From Pocillopora damicornis (lineage: Eukaryota): a stretch of 64,000 bases of DNA. The notes below the pieces were generated by a model. The model was given only the letters and a program-made list of their open reading frames with translations, was not told the origin of the DNA and ran no database searches. Made by a program: the position numbers and the translations under genes. This document shows positions 12,601 to 24,257 of the stretch, piece by piece. The first letter of the stretch is position 1; every line of letters starts with the position of its first letter. Location of the stretch: contig NW_020846904.1 in assembly GCF_003704095.1 (NCBI RefSeq), positions 62,001 to 126,000 of the forward strand. Direction: 5' to 3'.

Positions 12601-15600
12601 ACTGTTTCTGTTGTTGCTGTGCTTCTCGCAGTCGCTGCTGTATCCTTTCCGGAAGAGAGTGAATGTCACCCTCAACAGAATGAAAGTTAGACAACTGCTC
12701 CTCTTGAGTGACAGCTGCTAACTGCTGAAAGATCTGTGCACATTGAAATTGATAAAGGAGCTGGTTGTAGTGTTCTGCTAGAATATGCTGTTGTTCTGCA
12801 GTGAGTGGCATCTGCTGGATGAGCTCTTGTTGCTGTACCATCAGTTGAAGTTGATAACAGTGCATCTGATACTGTTGTAGCAGACTTTGGTAGTGCTGAT
12901 GCCGCAACTTGGTGAGATACTCCTGCTGCTCTTGTGCTGGCATTTGCTGCTGCTGTTGGCATTGCAATGCATATAGCTGATTGGGTGAGATGTTAAGTCC
13001 CATGGTATGTGGGTAGAGAGGATGAGGACCTTGTGATCTTGAATGTGCTGCATGACCTGGAGAACACATGCCCATGTGGGATATTCCAGCCATAGGACTT
13101 GCCATGCTTGCCACAGATGATAAATCAGGAGAAGAACAGAATGGATGGGCTCTAAAGGGACTACCCATAGCACTCATGCTAGCATTGGAGGCAGGTGAAG
13201 AATTATAAGATAACACTGATGGCGGTGATGTTTTTGGTGACATTTGTTGTTTTAGAGGTGATTTCTTTGGAAAACTTGATGGAGGTGATCCAACAGAACT
13301 TGAGGAACTAGAGTTCTTTGCAGGAGAAATAGTTGCATCTGGGGGTGAAGTCTTGTTGCTGAGTTGGTTATGTGAGTGAGGTGCTGTTAGATGGTTTGAC
13401 ATCAGGGGAGTGGCCACTGAAGATGTGAAAGATGACTGAGGTGTTTGTGATGCTGGTTTAAGAGTATCGTTGGATGGAACTGGGCTGTTTGAGTTTGACC
13501 TTGTAATTTTGCAAGCAGAAGGTGTCCTATTTCTTAGAGAGAGGGAGAAAAAGACAAAAATGAAAATGTGTACTGTTTTTTCAATTTTTACTGCAAATAT
13601 ATTGAACTACTGTTAGCAAAAGCAAAATAAGTGAATTGTACACATTCCATATTTGGTAAATCACGTCAATTTGTATATTGATAATATGAAAAATGTGAAG
13701 CTCGTTGAATTGAGGATGTTTCTGAAATTACAACCAAAAACAAAGAGAATTGATGTGTGGCAGACAGGGAGAATAGTTGAAAAAATTAAGATCAAAAAAA
13801 TGTCTGAAAAGAGAGAAGGATGGGGTAGCCCTATTTTCTCCTGAGGATTGGAAGGAACAACAATGATTACGGTGATAAAAAATTACATGTCAGGTACAGT
13901 CATGTGTGCAGCAATAGAACTTTACATAAATACCACTTCAGCACTGAAACTTTATATAAATACCACTGCGACAATAGAACTATATATAAATACTACTGCG
14001 GCAATAGAGCTGTATATAAATAGTGCACCTTGTTTCAGTGGACTTTCTCCTCTCTTTGCCATGCCTTATCCCATGTGAGTTAGAGGATGAACATGCAGTG
14101 TTCAATCTAGCACTTGTGGAAGCTAAAGCTGATTGGTAAACTGGTGTCGTGATATTTGCCAGGTTGTTTGTGTTATTGTCTTGTGATAATCCAGAATACA
14201 ACTGCCATGTCTACACACCAAGGGAAGCAAGAAAAATGAGGGTAAGCATTTCATGAAAAAAAAAAAAAACATGTATTTGGGTATGTTCACTGGCGAGGAA
14301 TGAACCAGTCACATGTTTTGTTAGAAATCCAGAAAATTTCCTACCGATGGTGATGAAGAAAGAGAACCAGATGTTGAGTGTGTTGTCAAAGGAGCAGTGA
14401 TAACAACTTGTGAGTGGCGGTGTTGTCTCATTGGCAAAACTCGCACTACGTTTAGCTCCCCTCGCAACAAACTATCTAGTTCTGCCTCTGCAAATAAGAA
14501 CCAAAAGCACATATGTCATACACAATTATAGATCAAAGCCAATACTCCATGACCAACTTGATATGTAAAGTTCTCAAATCTCACACAGAAAGATGTCATT
14601 CAGTGTTCTCCTAAGGTTTTTTTGTAGCCAGTCATTTTTTTTAGTGCTTTTTTCGTTTGAGACTCCCAATACAAGGACTTAACAAGATATGAATAAGCAA
14701 ATTAAAAGAGGAAAAAATTGGTAGTACCTTCACTAGCAGTGACCTTTGCCATGCACAATTAACTTACATGTACTTACCATTTGCCAGAAGAATAACTTGG
14801 ACAAGTGTTGGATCAACTCTGTGAGTCTGCAATACTGTGTCATCCATTACACTTAACTCCTGAAAAGTATAGTTAAAAAGTTGGTGGTAATTTCTGATAA
14901 TTTTATAATATGGTTACTCTAAAGTTGAGCTTATTCTCCTTAAATCCTTTAAACCCTAAGAGTGACTAGCATCAAATTTCTCCCTACTATATCACCCCTG
15001 AATCACATGTTAGGGTCATGAGAATGAAGGAAACGATCACCAACAAAAGAAGCTTTTGATTGGTATACAAATTGTCCTTGTCAGCACCTTAGGAAATGTA
15101 TTAAGAGCAGTATGGAGAATGTACATACTGATTTTAGCTGTAAATGGTTAATATCTCCCCCATCTATAGGCTTATTGTGACCACATTTAACACAAAACAA
15201 TCCTTAAAATGTGAATGAACTGTGAAATTAAAAAAATAACATTAAAGTAGTAATAAAAATTTGAAATGTGTCATCCACTCTCTCCCTGTCTTGTAAAGGT
15301 TTGAATCTTTTCTAGAAGAGTTTGTTTCCAGAGCAATTATATTTTCCATAATTCTATGAATTTCTCCTGAAAAAAGATTAACTAAGATATTGCGTGCAGG
15401 CCTGTTTGGAAATTTGTGATAAACTGCAATATAATAACATTACAATGGGTGATTTGAGAAACATATGGCATTATATGAAACAATTCCTAGCATGTGTACT
15501 ATAGTGCAATTGCACAAATTTCATTTACATATCACCTACCCTGGAAACAATGTCATGTGCTGTTATTACAGCTGAAAACCACTGCCGGCAGCTTTGCCTA

Positions 15601-18600
15601 CATTACAAAAATAATAATGTAATCATAATTCAAACATCTTCCTAGATCTTTAAAATCTGACAGAGGCTGCTGCCATTTTGAAACAACTCAGTAACCTGGC
15701 CACACATACAAAAGTGTCAAATCAAATCCTACACTTTTTAATGCTGTAGATAAAATTGAACGATTTCAGGAGTTAACTTTCTTTTTATTGGTATAATGTA
15801 ATGGCAGAGTTCTGATAGTCTGTTAGTCTTACACTTCATTGTCAGTTTAGGTGGATGTCTCTTCTGGAATATGGTTATGAGACATGAAATGATCCTTAAC
15901 AAAGGCCTCAATGAGTAAAAACAATGGATCTATGTGTCCAGACAACTATGAGGAAACTCACCTGTAAACTTTGACTCTAAAACCAGTTAAGGTGAAGGGA
16001 CCTTAAAACAAAAAATTTTATTAATGTTGAAGTTAAATTTTAATCCCAAGCAAAACATTTTCTACCAACATTTTTTGTACATTCTCCAGCCAAACCTTTT
16101 TGGTTGTGCAAGGTAAGATATTTCATTATAACAAAAGAAGAAAACAAAAAGTTTTTGACTTAATAAAACATTGATCCACAACATCACTAGAGAGTTAATC
16201 TCAGGCATATTTTAAGGGGGTGAAACACTTATGTAAGGTACATTTATTGCTAACTTTCCCTCAAAAGTACTATAAAAGTTACATGTACCAAACTTCAATG
16301 CAGAGGAAAATGAAAACATAGAAAACAAATGTGTAAAATGTGAAGCCATAGCAAAAAGGAAAGAGGGTTCTATAAATAACAAAATGCTGCAGTGTTTGCA
16401 TTGTAAAAGAACTACCTTTCATAAGAATTGACTGAGACTTCTGCAAGAGCTGCCATCCTTGCAGTTCACGTACTACAGCCACATTATTTCTTAGGACTGG
16501 ATGGAGGGCATCATCATCCTACAAGAGGTCAACATAAACAAACTAAATTTTGTATGCATGCTATTTTATAATGGAAAACAACCATTGCTCTTTTCTTTTC
16601 CACTATATTGGTCTTAATGCCTTATTCACATCGAAAATTGCTTAGAATTTTCAACAAAGGGGGCTGATCAAAGTCCATAAAAGTACTGACAAAATTGTCA
16701 CCCTTATGGAAAAGGTTGACAAAGTTTACCCATGACAAAGAAATTTCTTGGAACTACATGCTATTTTAAAAATGAGTACTGATATGGTTGTGCTATAAGC
16801 AATCGTAATAACTGCTATTGAGCAATGGGGCTAAAAAACTTTATCAATCCAGAAAACATTACATATTTCACAACAAAGATTTGTTACACTTTAAGGCACT
16901 TTCTAACATTCAGTAATACCTGACCATATGGACGGAACTCATCACTCCGCAAGAATGCTCTACAAGAGAGAAGCAAAATTAAGGATTAGCTCAAATGCAA
17001 ACACACAATGTAAAGCCAGTGACTTGCTTGATGATTTAATTTGCCAATTGCTATAATTTGATCCCCGGCGTAAAATGCCTCTTTCTGACATGTCAGATGT
17101 CAGTGATTTTATACATGTATGCCTTTGGTAGAGATGGACAAAAATTGCATTCGTTGCCTGGGCACACTTGATTACTTTCCCTGATCATGGCAAACAGGGT
17201 ATAAAATCACCAAGTGTGTTGCTCGCTTAACAGAAAACTCACCTCAAAAATATTGATTAACATACTACTTGTCTATGAATGTTTAAATTTCTTGAATATC
17301 TTGCAGCCATATCCTACACATAGCCTGTCTCTACTTAACACTATTTTCTAAGGGACACTTCATCCAGACCTTTGAAATTTAGTGAACAACTCTCTTAAAT
17401 AAATATCCCTTCCTCTAAAAAAAAAAAAAAAATTCCATCCTTTTCCAAAAATGATATAGACATAGATAACAGCTGGAAGTTGGAAGAATACCAGATGTTC
17501 AACATAATTTTTTCATGCTGATGAACAATTCAAAATTATTTTAAATTCTTGCTTTACATTTCAAATTCCCTGTTGTGTGCCACCTTATATATATACACAT
17601 CTCTCCCTTGTAAAGTCTCTCATAGTCACATCTGCATAGAGGCATTTGGCAAAAAAAAATAATAAAATAATGAAAGTAGATTTATCATGATGCACCTTTC
17701 ATGGTCCCCCACAAACTCCACTGGAACAGGCCGTTCTTCATCACTCAAACCATGTTTATCAACAAGGGGGACAAATGTCTGTAAAGAGAGAGTTGACATT
17801 AAAGCTTTAAGGCACAGAGTAATTAAAAAAATATTTACATAACTAACCCCCATTAAAGTGGTACATGTAGGTAAGACTAAAAACAATTGATTTAGTCTGG
17901 TGTAGGTGTTAAATATGATCTCAAAGTTTTAAGACTTCTTTGACAACGGAAATGAAACTCATAGCACAACAGCCTTCTGAGTCTCCATGGTATAAAACAA
18001 GTTCATGCTATGGTTCAGTTTAGTCTACATTAAATGTTCATTTGCTGTTTCTTTAATATCATATAATGAAACATAAAAATAGTAGAATTAAGTATCCTTA
18101 TCAGCTTTATTACCTGAACTCCTGCAGAGGAACAGAGAAGGAGTGAATTTGACAGAACAGGCCAGTGAAAAGGGCAAGCCAATTTCCTCCACAACATGAC
18201 AATAAATGGTATTTTGAATGCTTTCTTTTTTTAATAACAAAATATCCTTGTTGTCATTGTTTGGAATAAAAAATGATTTTTGAATAAGCACCACCTTTAA
18301 ATACAGTTGAACCTGTCTTAAGCAGTACCATCTTAAGCTCCCAAAATCAATGTTAGTTGTATTTTTGAGCAAGTTTTGGTGCATTAAATGGTCAATCAGA
18401 GCATAAATTGGGAGTCATCATTTTTTTCAAATATCCCTATTCTGTGGAACCTGTGTTAAGTGGTCACTCCACCATTCCCCATGGGCAACTGCTTAATACA
18501 GGTTCAACAATATGTACCACCTTTACCAAAATAAGCCCTATGCTTGGGTCACACAAGTTTATTAAATGCTACTGCACATGGTCCCACATTTTAAGCTACA

Positions 18601-20811
18601 AATGATCTGTATGTTACAATGATGGACTACTGAGATACCCCATCCAGTACAGTGATGAACATGGAGCTACAAGGCTTTATAAATTCATCACAATGCTATG
18701 CATACACAGCAGAAGTTTGTTGATTATCTGCCCTAGGTATAAATTTTTAAAATCAACTGCTAAGGTTCAATCAAAATAACAAAATTCTCCTACCAAAGCT
18801 GGCCAAAGGAGAGGTCTCTTTGGATTGGAGGGGTCTGGTCTCTGACTCCATACCATGCTCTTTTCCACCAAAAATAACCTCCAGCTTCCATCATGAATTT
18901 TAAGCCATTCCCTAGTTGTCCATTCTTCATCGTCATACTCAACTAAGACCTTCAATAGAGAAGTAAAACAAAACATTTAAATTGGTTTTCAGACTAACAT
19001 ATGTAAGGCATATACTATAATCATGCTTGTAAATGATCCCATCTGGTCAATCAATTGAATTAACTTTCCATTAGTTTGCCACCTCAGTAATCCAACTGGG
19101 ACTCTGGAAGATACTCTAAAAAGTTTGTAATCACATGCTGATGGTTATTGACTAATAAACTTTTCAAGTCTTCTCCCAAAATCCTAACCAATGACAGCAT
19201 GCATTATATACAAATTTTTACTATAATCTAAATTAGTTGTGGGTTTAGCAGAACTTATGCAGATGGGCTCTGTACCAATCAAAACACGTGGAAAATCTCA
19301 GTCTTTTAGATATCTAGCACAGCTATTTTTTGAAAATCATAGAGCCCCAATGTCTTGGTGAGAAATTCTTACAGTGCTTATTTAACTAAGTAATTTTTTA
19401 TTAGATCAGTCCAGTTGGAAAAGGAACTCTCTTTCAAAGTATTTTGTTTAAATAAACAAACATTGTAACTGGTCTCAAAACACACTGTGAATAAAGCTGA
19501 TGAAGCACCCTTGAAGAAATTTTAAGTCTTCCTGAATAAATCATTAATAGTTTGGTGAGTTGAAAACAGTTACCTTCATTGTGCAGAGACAGACCTCTAA
19601 AGCAGCACAATAGCCAAAATACAATGAGTCAAAAAAATGTGTTCAGCGCTGAATAGAACTAGGAGAATTTAATTTCTTGTTGGTATAATTACATCCTTCA
19701 TTAATTCCCCATTACCTAATCTCAATGTAATATAGGAGAGAAATCAAAATATTTTCCAAGTATTCATGTTTAATACCTGTCTTTTGTTGTTGATCTTATT
19801 ACAAGCTGATGTTGGTGAAGGTTACAATAATGTCCCTTTCACTGCTTGAAATTTCTTCCAGTTTCCGACCCTTTACTTAATTTAAGTGGTGTATGGGTAA
19901 CAATTAAACGAGGTCAACAGATCTGTGCACAACTATTGATACGATCGGTTGAACTTATATCTAAAGCCAACGAGTAAGGCATATAAATAGTTATTCGTTT
20001 ACGGGCACAATACAAGAACAGTTGATGCTGAAGACACGCGATCAAAGACATCATTAGACGAATAGAACTACGAAGGAATTAAAATAAAATCCACATATTC
20101 CAATAAAATACACCAATTTCCTAATGTTAGTGGATTTAATGTACATTTCAACCCGCGATCACGCACGTTTAAGATAAGTCGTCACTTCACATTCAAGAAC
20201 TGGTATTCATTTGGACACAAGATTTAATACATTTAAAAGAATTAAGTTATTTAACGTGATCTAGTCAGCAGAGAAATGTTACTCAACTCTTCACTGCAGG
20301 ATAGATTCAGCGTTAAGAAATTTCATGCTCCGGTGGTTTTGACAAAGCCTGCATTTTCACGAAGTTTTTATATTCAGTTCATTGGAGAGTACTAACGAGT
20401 GAACAATTCAACACCAGTTGCATTTTAGCCGGTGTACCGTTTATTCAAAGTCTTAAATATGTACCTTTTGTCTACTAGCGGAAAATCAGCTAAGAATAGA
20501 CCGTTTTGTTCTGGGAGATCGACTCTCATTTTCAAACAAATGCTTAGTATGTTCAATGAACAGTCGCAAGCAATGCCAACCAGCTACAACGTTGTCCACA
20601 TCGACAGTGAAAACTGAAAAAAAAATTCCCTAACCTTTAGCTCTGGATGATTGAAATCCTTTTCGCTGCAAACCCTGATTACTCCAACTTTCCACTGATA
20701 GTCCAAAGGGTTTGCCACACGCCTTGATCGAGAGTTTGGGCGAAGAGTATTTTTCTCCCGGACACACAAAAAGCGCTTACCAACCAACTCTGCCTGACGG
20801 AAAGCGTACAT
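637..20811 (-). CDS. KDM3: KDM3/JMJD1-family H3K9 demethylase (JMJD1C/KDM3B-like), 3'-partial (rest of the JmjC domain lies before base 1)
   Basis: N-terminus [17 protein letters not shown]...WKVGVIR...VEYDD..W..REW...WPAL matches the JMJD1C/KDM3 N-terminus. Zinc-finger motifs KCRDCR...CRFNSFRRL and [37 protein letters not shown] are present, then [12 protein letters not shown] and LKLKDWPP..DF....[21 protein letters not shown]. Phase-consistent GT-AG exons: 20635-20811, 18794-18949, 17696-17778, 16920-16959, 16416-16518, 15962-16001, 15540-15597, 14778-14859, 14345-14487, 14029-14210, 12383-13532, 11422-11847, 9205-10999, 7349-7501, 6824-6864, 6203-6309, 5805-5905, 5340-5459, 5000-5158, 4581-4685, 3580-4293, 2752-2954, 2284-2359, 1614-1709, 1390-1436, 855-898, 637-711. 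Confidence 0.95.
1050..1253. mobile_element. piggyBac-type MITE copy (TTAA-CCCTTT...AAAGGG-TTAA family)
   Basis: Termini (a)TAACCCTTTA and AAAGGGTTAA; internal similarity to the other copies in the window. Confidence 0.8.
3294..3489. mobile_element. Short TIR element (MITE)
   Basis: Terminal inverted repeats GGGCCCGTT / AACGGGCCC with further imperfect pairing. Confidence 0.65.
4801..4910 (-). repeat. Degenerate Penelope-associated hammerhead repeat
   Basis: Reverse-complement similarity to 7562-7610 (GACGAAGGGCTAACG....AAACGT.AGC), plus a second partial CTGACGAAAGGCTA on the plus strand. Confidence 0.6.
6062..6160 (+). mobile_element. tRNA-derived SINE fragment
   Basis: Pol III B-box GGTTCGATTCC followed by TTTTTTCTTTGTCC. 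A reverse-strand partial copy lies at ~51870-51915. Confidence 0.55.
7562..7595 (+). ncRNA. Minimal type I hammerhead ribozyme motif, core-mutated
   Basis: GCT-CTGATCA-AGGACTAACGCTC-GAAA-CGTC-AGC: helix I GCT/AGC, ACGT palindromic helix III, but G8 is replaced by C. Confidence 0.6.
7611..7912. mobile_element. Interspersed repeat inserted in the hammerhead-bearing repeat
   Basis: Interrupts the repeat seen intact at 4801-4890 (reverse strand). CpG-rich, ends ATATCCAACGTGCGCTCGTGG...TTGTT. Confidence 0.5.
7979..8190. mobile_element. piggyBac-type MITE copy (reverse orientation)
   Basis: TTAACTCTTT...AAAGGGCTAA; reverse complement of the 1050-1253 type. Confidence 0.8.
8574..8653 (-). other. 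Candidate KDM3 cassette exon, 80 nt, out of frame by 1 nt
   Basis: Good acceptor (tttgtttacctag) and donor (G|gtaaga). With one more A in the A7 run it would be an 81-nt phase-1/1 exon encoding [27 protein letters not shown]. Confidence 0.55.
11040..11243. mobile_element. piggyBac-type MITE, second subfamily
   Basis: TCAACCCTTT...AAACGGTTAA; internal sequence shared with 24810-24994 and 41208-41395. Confidence 0.75.
12011..12222. mobile_element. piggyBac-type MITE copy
   Basis: TTAACCCTTC...AAAGGGTTAA with the family internal sequence. Confidence 0.85.
13911..14030. repeat. Minisatellite, 4 x 30 bp
   Basis: Unit approximately GCAATAGAACTTTATATAAATACCACTGCG. Confidence 0.9.
14940..15151. 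mobile_element. piggyBac-type MITE copy (reverse orientation)
   Basis: TTAAATCCTTT...AAATGGTTAA; closely similar to 7979-8190. Confidence 0.8.
18428..18512. mobile_element. Short Tc1/mariner-type MITE remnant
   Basis: Imperfect TIR TGGAACCTGTGTTAAG / CTTAATACAGGTTCAA with TA flanks. A related half copy lies at ~18301-18325. Confidence 0.5.
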
Positions 20812-21649
20812 AGTGTTTCGCGCTCTCCATCAAACACGCAACTCTCTCGAGGACCACAATAAACCCATCAATAGAAACAGAATCGATTGAAAACTTTATG
20901 GATTCTTGCTGAAGAAGAAGGCGTTTACACAAAACAAACCCCTTTCAAACACGCTAAGGGAGAAGTGTCTGAACGTTCAAACTGGCCATCACAAATGCAT
21001 GACTCTGAGAGAGCTGCTCATTGGCGCGTGTGCGCTGGACTTGTATCTGCGGGCTCAGATTTGCGAAAGCTGAGGACAACTGGTCGCGAGCAAGGCCGTT
21101 GGTGATTCACTGAATGCTCTTACAAATGACAACATCGGAAGTAAAGGTTCTTTGAAAGGGGTGGTTATCATCCCCTGCATCCAGCTACCCCGATGAAAAA
21201 AAGAAATAGATTTTGATGGTAGGAAGAAGAGTCAAGGTATCGTTTGCGAGTGGTGACCCACGACAAAAAAAAAACCTGACTGTTAAATTCGTTAAATGCC
21301 AAGGAAAACGATGTCTACCAGAAAAGCTGCCACCCGACTTAAACGCTTTATAATTCAAGGCATGAAAATCTTACACCCCGTGTGCAGGTGTGGATAAAAA
21401 GGAGGATCCAACATGGGTTCGGCGGGATGCGGGATGAGACTTGAAATCGAGGCGGGCTGTGGAATGAGATGAGAGAAATTTTAAATGCAAGATGCGGGAT
21501 GAAAATTGGAAGCGAGACCAGGATATGCTCCGTTTCGAAGGCAGGAAAGGAGAGAGGACGAGTATAAGCGGGATCATAGTAAAGCTAAAGTTACGCGTCA
21601 CCCTACCTCACCGAGACATTAGAAAGAATCATCTGCTTTACTGAAATGG

Positions 21650-22690
21650 GCTTAATTGATGCCTCCATGTAAATTGGGGTTGACAGGCTTCCTCTCTATT
21701 ACGGTAGTTACAGGTGTTTACACGATCCATAGTATGTCCGGTTTTCTCGCCTTCGTTATAATTTTTCTCTCACAAGTATGTCTGAGTAAACGCCCTTTTC
21801 TATATGATATTATCGGCAGTTCTTTGAAGATTTCTCCAAACAATGGTTGTTGCTCATAAGGATTTCCTTAAAGGTTTGGAACTGTTGGTTAGTATTGTGT
21901 TCTTACAAAGGGCAAGATTCAACTATTTGTTTTTCCCTGTTGGAGGAGGGCTCGTGTACGTTCTTAAAATTTCACTTCTGAGAATGGGTTGTCGGTAAAG
22001 TTTTTCGGGTAGTTTCTCTCTGCCAGGAATGTTTTCTTCAAATTTTTCTTTTGAAAAAGTTGTCTCGGGAACTCGTAACGATTCGCCTTTAAGTAATTCT
22101 TTGTTCTCGTTAGGTGATACGTTGTGTTTAATGTGTGTCTCTGCTGGTTTGAAGTGGGTTCTCATGTCGAAACTGACTCCCTGTTGAATCTTTCACCCTT
22201 AAAGATAGTGGTGTCTAAGAAAATAGCTTCTGAAACAGATATTTCAGCTGTAAATTTGATTTTTGAGTTGTGTTTATTTGCTTGTTAAATGAACTGGTTG
22301 ACGACTTATCTGTTGGTGTACATGAGAGAAATTATGCCGTGGATGTAGCGTTTCCAAACGAGCGCCCTTATCTAGCATTTGCATATCAATTTTAGCCATG
22401 AAGATATTTGCAAAAGCTGATGGCGGCTCCTTACGTTTGCAAGTAGTTTTGTTCGTTGAATTGGGATGAGTTTTGCTGCAAAATCAGTCTAAGTGCTTTC
22501 TCTAGTAAGCGTTTTGGCATGGTGGGGGGGGGGGGGGGNNNNNNNNNNNNNNNNNNNNNNNNNNNNNNNNNNNNNNNNNNNNNNTTTCTTTCGGAAGCTT
22601 TGTATTTTCTATAAAGTAGATGAACTTTGCTGTATCTTTGAGATATGACTTATGTTTTTGGGCGATCGGCTGAAGAATTCTATCCACTAT
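21650..22690 (-). pseudogene. Decayed Penelope-like retroelement reverse transcriptase
   Basis: Segments DRILQPIAQKHKSYLKDT..FI, AFANIFMA, WKRYIHGI (YxDD decayed), IKFTAEIS...FLDTTIFKG and THFKP.ET...KGESLR, with frameshifts and stops. Contains an assembly gap. Confidence 0.8.
22539..22584. other. Assembly gap (N run) after a poly-G tract
   Basis: Run of n characters. Confidence 0.99.
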
Positions 22691-24257
22691 TGTAACAGTA
22701 CAGCTTTTCTTTTAGTCCTTCTGTAGGTTGAGTTTTTCTGTCTCGCTTAAAAGAGACCCAGCCTGAAAGAGACCATAAACACACCGAGGAAACACACCGA
22801 GGAACAACCGCTTTTTAAGCCGGCTAAATATACGTTAAGCAAGTCTTCGCCTTTCTCCATAACGAGAGTACATTATCAATATTGTTAAGGTTTTAATTTG
22901 TCCATCAGTTGGCGGTGAACTAGAGAAACGGCGCGATCGGGATGAAAACGTTTCTTACGACGGAATGGCGGGATGAAATGAAAAAATAGCGGCGTGATGC
23001 GGGATTGAAGAAGTCTATTTTAGACCCTCAAAAAGAAACTGAAAATGGATATTACGAATTGACCTTAAAGTCAAACTGAACACCCTTAAGCGCTCGGCCA
23101 TACATCATTCTACGTGGTCTCTGGGTGGCCATGAAGATCTGCGCCTGACGGTAAAGTTAACACGTGCATGACCTTAAAGTAGGATCGACGTGATGATGGC
23201 ACGTTTCCTTTCAGTACGGGTGAACTTGAGAACCTCTTTGGAAAACAGGTTCCAAGTGGTAAAAGACCAAGTCTGTGTATCGCAATCGTTACGTCAGTTT
23301 TGAACTTCAACATTGCATTGAAAAGCGTTTTTATTAACTTTTAATTCCTTATTTCATTAAGTCGAATCCCAGGAAAGTAATAAGATATCCGTAAGAACAA
23401 CCGACTTAATAATTAAAGACGATTTTTGCAAAAATCGAAGTATTAAATATTTAAGAAATTACTAGAGGTACGTACAAGCGCCCTTGAAGACTCTACGTCC
23501 GTAAATCCTGGTTTTGATGTGAATGCTGGGATCATTGCAATCGCAGTGATTCTGTGATCCAATGAAAACCTAGTCTCCTTCGTAGCCTACGGGGTTAGAC
23601 CAAACAACGGCTTTCAAGACGTCTTATGTCAGAGTCTGGTTTCTTCTATTGTCAGGAAATTAGTAAAAAACTTAACTGACACTTCTATTTTACAAGTGTG
23701 CATTCTAACAACTACCAGGTTTCCGGACTTCTTATGGAACTGACTTTAAGTTACATGTCAGACAAGGTTTAATTCGAGATCTTCACTCGGAATATCACAC
23801 GGCGTCCAAACCGGTGAAGGTCCCTTCATGTTCGATGTCAAATGAGTACATCCCCTTTTGTGACATTGGCAGTAATCTTATAACTCTTTTTTACTTTTTT
23901 ACTATCATTGTATCGTGACCGGGAAATGAAGTTGAAGATCACTACCAGTCGTTGGCTTCCTTTTCAGACAAAGGCTAATGCAAAGTCATGTAAAGCACGG
24001 TCTCCTTCGCAACTGTTTTTTACCATGTCACGCAACACTTAGGGAGAAGTTACGTGACATCTCAAAGAACGAATGAGCGTGAGACTAGTGCAAGGCGCAA
24101 GAAGTACGGAGAATCCCAGGGTTCACGTAACTACGATGTAATCAAGAAAAAAAAATTTTTTTTTTTCAAAACCAAACTTCCTTCCATGGCAAAAATACCA
24201 ACAGGACGCTGAGGTGGATGGATCCTGTAAAGGGAAATGCTACCTAAAGCTCTGCAG

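Larger units (their letters stand above)
21402..23029. mobile_element. GCGGGATG-repeat TIR element split by a Penelope-like insertion
   Basis: Both ends (21402-21590, 22930-23029) carry same-orientation GCGGGATG repeats, with imperfect TIRs GAGGATCCAACATGG / CTATTTTAGACCCTC. Confidence 0.5.

Noticed and set aside
13911-14030. CRISPR-like periodicity (also 61511-61610)
   Set aside because: Head-to-tail repeats with no unique spacers, no cas genes, and a eukaryotic context.
13848-14078. ORF with repeated IELYINTT
   Set aside because: Translation of the 30-bp minisatellite, antisense to KDM3.
19497-19535. CTGATGA...GAAA...GTC hammerhead-like string
   Set aside because: Helices II and III cannot be paired convincingly.
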